From positions 17,856,001 to 17,920,000 of the forward strand of contig CP075492.1 in the NCBI GenBank assembly GCA_021613535.1: a stretch of 64,000 bases of DNA, written 5' to 3'. Of the stretch, positions 13,740-24,649 are shown in pieces (within the stretch, counting starts at the first letter, position 1; each line of letters starts with the position of its first letter). The stretch comes from Adineta vaga (taxonomy: Eukaryota > Animalia > Rotifera). The position numbers were made by a program, and so were the translations under genes. The notes beneath the pieces were generated by a model. It saw only the letters and a list, made by a program, of their open reading frames with translations, was not told the DNA's origin and did not search any database.

Positions 13740-14210
13740 ATATCTTGAATAGAAAAAAGAAATCGATTTTTTTAACTGGTTTTCAATTTGCACATAAATT
13801 GAATAATTTTCTTTCCAATCTAAAATGTTTGTTTTTTCATCTGTGAATGTCTAATGTTCTCAACTAAAACAAATAATAAACTGTTTCATCAATTGAAATT
13901 GTTTATAACGTTTTAAATTTTCTTTCATACTTTCTTATTTAAATGATGCTATAAACGTGGACGAATTCGTTCATAAAGTATTGCTATATATGCAAATTTT
14001 CAACGTTTTCGACTTGGTTTTATATCTTCATTATCATCAATATATTGATAATATTTTATAAATTTTGTTTTCATATTAAGATAATCGACATATTCAAGTA
14101 AATCAAGAACATCGGAATACTAAATAATAAACAGAATATTGATTTTTATGGAAAATTTACTTGATGTCGATTAATATTTAAATAAACATTATTAAATTCA
14201 ATCGAAGCAC
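13740..14210 (-). pseudogene. VPS13: VPS13-like N-terminal region fragment
   Basis: Manual translation ASIEFNNVYLNINRHQ, intron, YSDVLDLLEYVDYLNMKTKFIKY...RKR*KFAYIAILYERIRPRL resembles the VPS13A/C N-terminal region. Contains stops and is cut by the element at 14211. Confidence 0.6.
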
Positions 14211-15150
14211 TAAGAGACGGTCCATGAGAAAACCAAGGATTTTGCATATACACGAAATCACGTGGGTCAACCGATTCCGGATCTGACCCCATAGGAAGTT
14301 AGGCACTATTGACCCATATATGAATCCAAAATATTACGGTCCAAAGACTTACCTAAGAGGAGATAATATATACTGAACGATATCCCCCCAAAAATGACCT
14401 CAAAATGAGTAAAATCGAGTTTTTTTGTTTTTCGATTTTTTTTCATATATGTTTTACTCCAATCAAAATGAGTCATATACCAATCGATAGAGCTTGACTT
14501 GCTCTACAAAACTGCTTATATGCCCTTTTCAGATTGTTTCAAAATCTGGGCAAAAAATTCAAAATACTTTTGTTTTCGCAACTCCAAGAATCCATTAGTG
14601 TTCAGTATTTGGGCCAAATGACCTAGTGAGAAGTCGATTGCCAAAAAAAGCAACATATCATCTTGTAGCCCATTTGATTCTGCATCGAATCATATATTAG
14701 GCTTTTCTTAAAAACATTCGCATTGTGTACAAGATCACCTCAAAGATTAGCGAAAATCATTATTTTTTCCTTATTTTTGCAAAATTCACTGTCACATCAT
14801 ATTTATATTTGTGGTTTTTCTCCTTAAATTTTTTTCTCTTTTCAAATTGAGTCATATACCAATCGATAGAGCTTCACTTGCTCTACAAAATGGTATATAG
14901 GATATTTTCCTTTTGTCCCAATATATGGTCGAAAACCCTCAAATACTTAATCTTTTGACATAACCTAAGCGTTCGCCCAGCAGTATTTTAGTAAAATATC
15001 GGTTATATTTCTCTACTTGAAATAAATCAATAGGACCATTTTGTAGCCCATTCAATTCTGCATCGAATGATGTATTGGATATTTATTTCAAATGCTCAGT
15101 AGGGGAATACATCAGCAGTAGACTTCGTCCCAGTCAAATCCTCATATTAT
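14211..15150. mobile_element. Non-autonomous DNA transposon-like element with ~380-bp internal duplication
   Basis: TGAGTCATATACCAATCGATAGAGCTT at about 14469 and 14849; TTGTAGCCCATT..ATTCTGCATCGAAT at about 14663 and 15041. The terminal GTCAAATCCT also occurs at 6564. Confidence 0.55.
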
Positions 15151-15362
15151 TATTAGTAGTTCTTGTAGTCATAAAAAATCATACTTTAATAGGGTTTAGT
15201 AGTAAGATTTCTTTATCAAATATGTGATTTAACGTGTTCTTGCTATTGAGACTATTTTCAGCATAAAAATCGATGTTCCATAAAGCATTTTGACCATAAT
15301 ATTACACATAAGATCTCCTATACATGGTTTGGGGACCTATATTGAGCGATTATCGAGCACTA

Positions 15363-15491
15363 AGGTGTGGGTGTGGGTGTGGGTGTGGCTGTGGCTGTGG
15401 GTGTAGATGTGTGTCGGTGTGAGGGCGGGAGGGTGTGACTGTATGTATTATACTTCTTTGTAATTAACACTCACACCCTCACCCACACCCT
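15363..15491. repeat. Paired telomere-like tract (G arm, spacer, C arm)
   Basis: (GGGTGT)n decaying into an AT-rich spacer, then CACTCACACCCTCACCCACACCCT. Confidence 0.9.
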
Positions 15492-15722
15492 TTTTTCTTT
15501 TAAAAATGTTCGCCATATACGATCTTTTCTACGACATCAACATCGGTATGAAATTAGATCAATGACAAAAAAAGATTTTCAATTACTTCGTTGTTTATTT
15601 GTTCATGATATTCTTTATATTATTATCAGTATCATTCCAAGTATATATACAGTGTATACAACTATTACAAAAAATCAACAACGAACGTTATTGGAACAAA
15701 CAATTCTTAATTTTCTCAATCG

Positions 15723-15788
15723 ATTTTGAGGGTGTAGATTGGTATGGGTATTAGTGTTATATCTATCTAATACTCACACCCACACCCT
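15723..15788. repeat. Paired telomere-like tract
   Basis: ATTTTGAGGGTGT...CTCACACCCACACCCT. Confidence 0.85.
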
Positions 15789-16479
15789 GTTGTGAGATGC
15801 ATCACATTCCACATAGTGGAGGTATAGAGAAAGCACATGAAAGAAAAATAAATATACATCTTGCTACGTGCCAGAATCAAAGTCAAGATAACATTTTTTG
15901 CAGTACGAAGAAATGTAATTTGACATTACACATAGAAATAGATAAAAAATATTCAATTGTTCGAATGACTTCGTTTTTGTTGGATAAAAGTTTTCAGAAA
16001 TACCTCTAAAAACCCTTAAAATCCATCGTAAACAAAAATCGTAAAATTTGACAAGAATTAACTTTCATGTATGGGCTGGGCCTTAACTCTCATAACTGAA
16101 TTCTGTGATTGAAATGTGCTGTTTCTATTCTAACAGAATACCAACATTATATCGATGTTAAAAATCTTTTGATTTGCACTTATAGTTATTTTTTACTTTT
16201 GACATGGTTTACAAATATAATTGAGATTAAAACATTTGCTTTCATGATTTTTTAGATCTCTTTTTGTAGACCAGATCTTCTTCATCTATTTGTGAAAATG
16301 ACATTTTCACTGACGCTTTCATCACAAAATTTATTCATACGTTATAAATTAATGCATTGACTATAATTCCTAATTGACATCTTCAAAACTTTTCTCTATC
16401 CATCCATTCATATAAAATTATTTTCACTTTGTTATTCATCTGTATATCATTTTTCTAACTTAGAAGCAAAACTCAGAAA

Positions 16480-17451
16480 ATGAATGTATCTCAAAATACA
16501 AATATTACTGAACAAGATGAAATAGAGAGTCCATTTACATTTATTTCCAAGAATATATCATTTATACTATTACTAACTTTTGTTATTCCATCTACTCTTA
16601 TGCATCTTATCGTATTTATTCTTACTTTTTTCAATAAAACTCTTCGTTCGGCACCAAACAATTATATTATTTTATTCTTTTATTCTATCCTCTTTTATGA
16701 CTCCAATAATATTAGATTCATATAGATCAAAACCAACTATTCGTTGGTCTATATGGCATTATGTAAAACTAGATCGTTTATTGAGACTGTATCTTTTTGT
16801 GCGATGAATCTTTTAGTTCCTTGGGCATCATTTGAACGACATCTTCTCATTTTTCATAGTAATATATTTAATCTAAAATGGAAAAATATTTGTTTTCATT
16901 ATATGCCACCGATTCTCATCAGCATTTATCAAATCATATTTTATATTTATTGCAGCTTTTTCTTTCCATGTGAAACTCAAGTGGATTTTGACAATAACAT
17001 ATGTTATTATGGTTGTCAGTCGAGAGATCCATTAATAGGTATGTGGCAAACAAGTTTTCATGGCATATTTCCACTGATATGTGTACTCATATGTAATGGT
17101 GCACTTTTGTTTCGAGTTTATCGATCAAAAACTCGTCTTCAACAATCAATCAATTGGCGAAAATATCGAACAATGATCTTTCAACTTGTTTCTATTGCAT
17201 TTCTCTATCTTTCACTTAATCTATCATTTTATATTGCCTATATATGGGTTATAACAGCTCCATCACCTATGGCAGTCATGCTCCTGCAACGAACTGGTTT
17301 TTTCACGTATTTTGTTCCGTTACTGTTTCCTTTCGCGTGTTTTCTTTCAATACCACAATTGGGATCGAAAATGAAGCAAATTCTATATCTTCGAATAACA
17401 CCTGTTAATCATGAAATGAAACGAAAAGCAATTCATCTTGCAAAGACTTAA
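16480..17451 (+). pseudogene. Rhodopsin-like orphan GPCR with two frameshifts near TM2 (pseudogene or assembly error)
   Basis: N-glycosylated N-terminus, LRSAPNNY, WASFERHLLIF (ERH variant of DRY), multiple hydrophobic segments; coding frame hops across three ORFs between about 16670 and 16750. Confidence 0.75.
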
Positions 17452-18667
17452 GTACAATAGAAAACACTTATGTAGAACAACAAAGCTAAATAATATTTTA
17501 TCATGTTTTTCAATGTATTCCGATATTTTTATCTGAATGTTGTAAATCCTAGTATAAACATATAAACTTACTGTTAATTGTGACAAAAATGGAAGAGAAT
17601 AAGGAATGATGTATCGTTATTGATATTGTATTTTATTTCTTGTCGTTTTTTTCACGTTATAATCGAAATAAACCTATAGATGAAAACAAGAATCTTTCTA
17701 TTACTTATTTTGTTAATCACCGTCTTATTGCTGATAGTGTATGAGTCATCCAATCTAAACGTTTTCATTCATTTTTTATCAATGATCCTTTTGGATTTTT
17801 TTTCGCTTCAAAAAATTCTTTCAAGAGACTTCACGTACATAATATCGTAGAGTTTGACGAATTCTAACACAATATATATATAAATTTGAAAGAAAATGCT
17901 TGAATTTTATTTTCAAAATAAATTACTTTATGTATGATTATAGAGATAGTTTCCTAAAATAATACTCTTTTCAAAGCATTTATAATAGTTGTTCTCGATA
18001 AGTAATAAATATAATCGAGATCAAATGATTGATAGTTTTCTACAACGCTCCGTGATTTCACATTTAAGTTAGTGCTTGTTAAAATTTTGAAAAATAAAAA
18101 TTTTTTTTTAACGCTACATTGAAATGGAAATTTATGCTTCACCCACACCCTGCCACAACACATCAGCAAGTGTTTGATTTTATTTCTGCTTTGCGCATAA
18201 ATTTTCTTCAAGCGTCATGAATTAATCCATCTCTTTTAATTTATAATTGATCCCTATTTTTAATTACTTTTATTTCGTCATTCTTTTATACAGCGGTGGT
18301 GCAAAGGAATCATAGAGCAGAGAAAAGCATTTCAAGAGTGTGAGTAAGGGTGAGAATCGTTTTTTTCTCTTGATTCGCAAATGAATGTCATTAAGAGTAG
18401 ACTTATCAACTAAACAATCAAGTAGATACAACCAAGAATGATTTCTTTTTATTTCAAATAAACACTTTTCATTCTTTTTTACAATCATCATCATTTAATC
18501 ATTAACGAAGTAACCGCCTTCTACTTGAATATATCTAAAAACAATACAATACCATCATTCACATTCGTGCTTGTAAAGAAAGATATTATCGTTGTATTTT
18601 CTAAGAGTAATACATTTCTTGATAGGCATTAGAAAAAAAGATAATGTTACTGAGACTAAGAATTCAT

Positions 18668-18733
18668 TCTTGAAGGTGGATGAGGCTGAAGGTGCAGGCA
18701 CAGTAAGATCGAATATCGCCCACACCCATACCC
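18668..18733. repeat. Paired telomere-like tract (degenerate)
   Basis: TCTTGAAGGTGGATGAGG...GCCCACACCCATACCC. Confidence 0.75.
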
Positions 18734-19274
18734 AGCATAAAATGGAATTGCAAAATATCGATAATCATTAATACATATTTCCGAATACAAGCATGATAAT
18801 GAAGATAAAAATACTGTTTCAAATATATAACAACCTAATTTAAAACCTTGTAATGGCTTAGTTGATGATTCGTCATACATTATTCCCGGCATTGTACAAG
18901 TTTGTTGAGTAGCACATGTACAACTTGTATTTTGGTCGGAATTTATATAAAAAACAGGTTCAATACGAAATGTAACATTTGTTATTTGATTTTCTTCGTT
19001 GATAAGAAATCTCCAATTAAATTGTATTTGACTAATTAATGCATTTCCTTGTAGATTTATACGAATTAAATTCAATGTTCGAGTAAATTCAATTGGGATT
19101 TTTTTTAATTGATTTAATATTTCATTTATTTCATTAAAAAATTGATAACGAGAAATGATTTCTTTCATGAATATAGAAGAACTATAAAATGTATTAATAC
19201 TATTTTCAATACTTTTGTCTGCTAATATACACAGTTGTTCCATAACTATGACAAAATTATCAAGTATATTTCGA
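18734..19274 (-). pseudogene. Internal fragment of the Cys-rich membrane module family, capped by tracts on both sides
   Basis: RNILDNF..MEQLC, SCTCATQQTC and GFKLGC...LSSLSCLYSEICI match the modules at 55556-63520; no start or stop of its own. Confidence 0.85.
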
Positions 19275-19340
19275 ATCTTGAGGGTGGGTGTGAATTGTGG
19301 TTGTTGGTGTTTATCATTAACCCACATCCACCCTCACCCT
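19275..19340. repeat. Paired telomere-like tract
   Basis: ATCTTGAGGGTGGGTGTG...CCCACATCCACCCTCACCCT. Confidence 0.9.
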
Positions 19341-19342
19341 TC

Positions 19343-20395
19343 TCATAGAAAATGTAAACGAAGTAGTAGTTGTTTTATACATCTTCCTGGTTGTGTCTCT
19401 CGATAAAATTCAGTCATATATACATTTGATGGATAGATAAATATCAATCAGGTAATTGCAGTTGGAACTGTCGTTAATTGTTTGACTAAAATCTTAAATA
19501 GATATTCAGTAACTGAGATTCCACAATACAAAAAAGGTTGTTTGTAACGATTAATTGGATACCAGATTTGATACGGAAGAATACAAAGAAGATAGATCAG
19601 TGGTGGAAGAAATATAAAGAAATGTCTTTTTAATAATGTTATATAGATTTTCTTTCTTGATTGTTGTACAGTAGTAAAATCAAATATACGTGAAACAAAA
19701 TTCTTTAGAACAATGATTGTTGATGTAATATAAATAATTCCTGCAAGAAAACCAACGATATATATCAAAGCAGATGTTAAACGAGATTTTAGTGTTCCAT
19801 GCGGTACACCCCATTGACATCGATAAATTAACATTAGAACACAACTTGGAACGATAAGACATAAACTGATCAATAAGATTTTTATTGATCTCCATCGACT
19901 GGCATTCATTCTAACTGTCGAACAGATGATTAAAGCACGTTCAAAAGCAATAAGTGCACTTAACCATAAACAAATAAAGGTTGCTACATGTTCGCCTACC
20001 TTCATTAGAAAACAATCAAGTGTTTCATCAACTTCGATATTATTATGTAAATTAGTCGGTTTCACATATTGTATTGAATAAGCAATGAAAAGTAATATTC
20101 TTCCAACTATAGAAATAAGTGAATAAATAATTAGATAAATACCAATATTCGTAGAACGTATCCGTTTGCTACGTATACATATTTTTAAGGTCAAACCATT
20201 GTTCAATAATGATAAAAATGTAAGAATTAAAGAAATGATGAAGTTATCACGGTTTAGATCGAATTGTACTTGTCGTTTTCTAGGAATTAATTCCAAACAA
20301 TTGACACCTTGATAACAAGGATTACATTGACAATAGGATTGATTTAAAATCTCATTCCATATCAATTGACCATTATTCGAACAGTTAATCAACAT
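19343..20395 (-). pseudogene. EGF-domain GPCR with in-frame TGA in TM7
   Basis: CSNNG...CQCNPCYQGVNC EGF, IAFERA motif; after TGA 19448-19450 the frame continues LIFIYPSNVYMTEFY to a stop at 19343. Confidence 0.75.
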
Positions 20396-20583
20396 TTTAC
20401 GTCGAAGGTCACTCAGTTTAACTTACTGTCACTAAGTTTTTTCAAATTTATGCGTCTTATCAGATATAAAAAAAGAAAAAAAGAAAGTGATAAGAATTTT
20501 TTTCTTTTTTTCCAACCTTACGACATAAACATCAATCCTACACATAAATGTTTTTCTTTTTTTCGGTTTTTATTTGTGAAAGA

Positions 20584-21477
20584 ATGGAAATAAAACCATC
20601 AGTATCAGTAACTGAATCTTTTTTAGATTTAGATATGAACAATCAATGTTATATCAATTGCCCTGTATTAAAAACTGTCTATGAATGGCATTTAAATGAT
20701 GAATACACTTCAGCTTTGAAAAAAGCAGAACGTTTTCGTTTATATTACGAAGAATTATACAGAAAACGACATTGGTTGATCAAAATTCTTTTTCGATCAA
20801 ATGCGACGATTAAAGATTCAGTTTATGCCTTTAAAAAAGGTTATTTAGATTATATTGACAAATCGGAAGATATCAATACGTGGAAAGAAATTTTGAATAA
20901 GCTTAAGTTTGCCAGTGAAAACGAAGATTCTAAGTCCGTTGTTTCTGCTTATACTTGTTCACAAAAGTTTGGTGAAATAATCAAAAAGGATATGGCGAGA
21001 AATACTTTTCATGAATTTACTCTTTATTGCACATCACTCAATTGCACTGTCTTAGCATGTACCCAAGATGGTATTCAAGCATTTCTTGCTATAATGTTTC
21101 ATCCAAGTTTGGATAAATTCGTATGTGAAGGTCATTTCACTGTATATCGTGGTGCGGTGATTGATGATCTAAAACTATTAGAAGGATATAAAAATGGTTC
21201 TATAATTATAACAACGACATTTTTGTCAACTTCAACAAATCCAAATGTTTCAAATATGTTCAAAGATAGAAATTTCAATAATCCAAATGAAATATCAGTT
21301 TCATGTACATACCTTCTGCATAATCATCGACATACAGCTCTTAACATATCAAGTATATCAGCATTTAGTATCGAAGGAGAAATATTACTTTATCCATATG
21401 TTCCCTTTCGAATCATTTCATTTGAAAAACATCTAGAGCGAAAACAAATTAACGTGGTTTTAGAAGAAATTGGATGA
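20584..21477 (+). CDS. Mono-ADP-ribosyltransferase (R-S-E / C3-VIP2-like ART domain)
   Basis: VYRG, FLSTS and EGEILL catalytic motifs; intronless ORF. Confidence 0.85.
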   Translation: MEIKPSVSVTESFLDLDMNNQCYINCPVLKTVYEWHLNDEYTSALKKAERFRLYYEELYRKRHWLIKILFRSNATIKDSVYAFKKGYLDYIDKSEDINTWKEILNKLKFASENEDSKSVVSAYTCSQKFGEIIKKDMARNTFHEFTLYCTSLNCTVLACTQDGIQAFLAIMFHPSLDKFVCEGHFTVYRGAVIDDLKLLEGYKNGSIIITTTFLSTSTNPNVSNMFKDRNFNNPNEISVSCTYLLHNHRHTALNISSISAFSIEGEILLYPYVPFRIISFEKHLERKQINVVLEEIG

Positions 21478-21919
21478 TGTGGAAAACAACAGTGCTGCTC
21501 TATTTGTTTTATACTAAAAAACGTAATTGTGAATTTTAGAATAAAATCACAAAAATCTCATTAAATTTTTAATGAATTTTAATCCATTTAAAAATAATTT
21601 ATTAATTTTCCTAGAAATCATCAAATTTCTAATTTTGATAATTGTTTCTGCGTGAGTAATATGCTTGAATTATAAATACATACTGTTACATTTTTGTACT
21701 CAATTAAATGTTAAAGCGTCGGACAGTTTTATTCGTCCAAAAAATCTATTAAAAACTATCTAGGGTGTGGGATCGATATGTAATATCGATAAAAACAGAA
21801 AAAAGAACTTTTCGACTTTGTAACAATCAAACTATAGTTGTTTTCAAAAGATGTTCTTTTCGTTTTATTATTTATTCAAAAAAAAAACAGAATTTCATTT
21901 GAATCAACTAGTTTTTATT

Positions 21920-22396
21920 AAATTTTGGTAACGTTATAATTAAGATAGAAAATAAATAAGTTTAGCGTCGGTGGAAACTGTAGTTTTATTATAACTTGGT
22001 AATTGCAATCCGACTTTTGTGATTGAGCTTTGCCATTAAATTTCAATTCAGTTTCTTTACCGTCTCGTCTAGTATTCGATACATTTTACAGTCAAATTCA
22101 CAATGATCCTTCAAGTTAACAGCATATGGCTGACGCCGTTGAGTGAAAGGTGTTTCAATAACTATAGTTAAATTGCTCGTCGGATAATCCCATGAAAGGT
22201 TAACATCAGTGCATGATTTTAAGTTCGTTGCACCTAAATGAAGCGTTGCCGAATTACATGGATTACGAATCGATAATCGACCGTTGCATTTATCTGATGA
22301 GTCGTATACTTTAGCCTTGCAAGATTGTCCGGTAACAGACATAATGTAGACCAATCCATCTAATATTAAAAGAAAGAGTGCAGGTATCGACACCAT
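21920..22396 (-). CDS. Small secreted Cys-containing protein, probable frameshift near the 3' end
   Basis: Signal peptide MVSIPALFLLILDGLVYIMSVTG and several Cys. The 3' boundary is uncertain. Confidence 0.5.
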
Positions 22397-24123
22397 CCTA
22401 TGTAATTTGGTAAGGAAAAGAAAATGTATACGCAAAATGGTAGATATAAGCTAATCAAGATGAGAAATATGTGAGAGAACTGGAAGGCAATCGAACAATA
22501 AAAGCATAACTGATTGTTTTCGCTAACGTTCAAAGTAATTTTTAATTGTCATGTATATAGTTATAAAGACTTATAAGTCACAAACAGTCAGCTTTCAGTG
22601 AGACAGAACTACATGTGCGTGTTTATTTCACATAGTTTTATTGTTTGAAAATAGCAGAAACTCAGTGCATTATAGTTGAATGAGAGTATACGCATGATGG
22701 AATGAAATTCGGCATGAGAGCCTAGTTTTCATTAAATCGAAAACTGCCCGATACAATATGCTGTTCTCAACTTATACTTTTCAGCAATTCTTTGCTTTCA
22801 ATGTGAATAGTTTCTCAAGAATAGACAAAAAATGCTGAGAAATATTCATTTATAGTCCAGTGCTCGTCGATAGTGTTCAGATTAATTCGAATTCAATGCA
22901 AAATTCATTACATTTAGAACAAATAACGCGGCGAAATTACCGCTAATCATCTGCTGAAAGCATGTGATCAAAATGGTCATCGTGCTTGAGGTAAGATGAA
23001 GCTTTCTTTTACTTGAAGAATCGTATCACTTCACCATTTCTCATGAAGTTTATGTCTTTAAGTTATTTTATCTACCGTTACCCTCGCCGTTCCGATCACC
23101 TCCAAAAAGATCGTCTTCTAGAAGATACTAGTAAATTTCAATTGTATGATGAAATGTTGTTTCTGATTGAATTGGATAAACAAACAAACTTAACTGATTT
23201 TAAGCAGCCTATATAACGAGCCTATAATCCTTCCGTTCAGAAAAGATAATTATTACCCAACGAATAAAACTTTGAGAGTGTGCATGAATGTGATGCAGAT
23301 TCAAGCATAACATACCTGTTTAGATCGACACTGTGAGACAAAAAACTCGATGAAAGTTTTTTTAACTTATTAAGAAAATGACAGATGAATTTCGAGGAGA
23401 CAAGTTAATGTACAAGGATCAATTTTTTCTCGTTCTTTACATGACTCATCATTCAAACACGAAATACAATAGTGGGAATAACTATTTATAAAAATACAAT
23501 ACAAAAATTATACGCAAATATCTATCATGGGAGATTACTCAGAAAAGAAAGAGTGTCACACTAATGTGTGGGGTAGATGGTGATGACGTATTGTTATTCT
23601 AATTAGATGCTTTTTGTCAAACCAAATCGAGACAGTATTGTCATTTTCTCATTCATGTGGTGACTTTTTCCCACATCTAGAGGTAAATCTTCCGATGAAA
23701 GCATGCATAATTATACACAAGTAACACTTATCCTCTGATTTCACTGATCTGTTACTGAAATGGTGAGACTATTTCGATCGTCATACTCAAAACTAGATAA
23801 AGATTCGTTTTAATTCTTGAATTGAACTACTTATTCACTTGTCACAAAAGTCAGTTTTGTCTACTCGGAAGAGTTTGAAAGTCTGTTAAATACTTTTACC
23901 CTCGAGAATTTTGTTTTGCTTTTTAATTTTAATCGAAATTCTTCGAAGAGAAATTTGTTGTTTAAAAATAAATCAAACTGATTTTCGGAAGATTTGAAAT
24001 TTTTTTGTTTTGTTATCTGAAAAAACATCGTAAGAAAATAGGAAAATGTTTCTCAAATTTTTAAGACAATCAAATCGTTCATTGTCGAGAAATAATCAAA
24101 ACTCATACTGAAGATTTTGAGAA

Positions 24124-24225
24124 TTGAGGGTGTGGGTGGTCCTTACTGTATCATTATCGACATCCTAACCCATACGCACACTCACCAACACGCACTCACA
24201 CCCACACCACCCCTCAAGATTTTAG
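24124..24225. repeat. Paired telomere-like tract with leader on both arms
   Basis: TTGAGGGTGTGGGTG...CACACCCACACCACCCCTCAAGATTTTAG. Confidence 0.9.
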
Positions 24226-24418
24226 TGAATGCTCAATATGTTGTGATGATGTAACAGACAAAAATCATCCGGCCATGACAAAATCTCATCATACATATCA
24301 TAAACGTTGCTTGATAGAATGGATAACTAAAGGACGCAATAGAAATTGTCCAACGTGTCGAAAAAGATTGGATGATTCATCACAAAAACTCTTCGTAAAT
24401 TTAACAACAAATGAATAA
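24226..24418 (+). pseudogene. Terminal exon encoding a RING-H2 finger (one Cys ligand replaced by Ser)
   Basis: Manual translation ECSICCDD...TKSHHTYHKRCLIEWITKGRNRNCPTCRKRL...* after an AG at 24224-24225; AATAAA downstream. Confidence 0.75.
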
Positions 24419-24649
24419 CGAATTGTATACATGTTTTTTTTCCTTTTTGCACAAATTCAATAAAGACTTTTTTAGGGCGGATGTGGGTATAAGATGTGTA
24501 TGACGATTAGTGTTCTTTAAATAGACTGACATGTTTATTTTATTTTGCAAGTTTAAATAAAAAAGAAGACATACATTTATAAATATACAATGAAGGTAGA
24601 GTCTTGATTATTTGCTTGATACATTATAATACTGTATAGATGCTATGAT

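Noticed and set aside
15363-15788. Reading the paired tracts as one MITE family
   Set aside because: Spacers are unrelated, arms are unequal and variably truncated, no TSD is visible, and cut genes do not resume on the far side. Not fully excluded without empty-site data.
19448-19450. Alternative genetic code (TGA=Trp) or selenocysteine
   Set aside because: Intact genes here end in TGA (21475, 50185, 52739) and use TGG for Trp, and TAG stops occur in the same pseudogenes.
22970-23900. Possible upstream exons of the RING-H2 gene
   Set aside because: Exon-like sequence with several stops and no recognisable domain; it cannot be linked across the tract.
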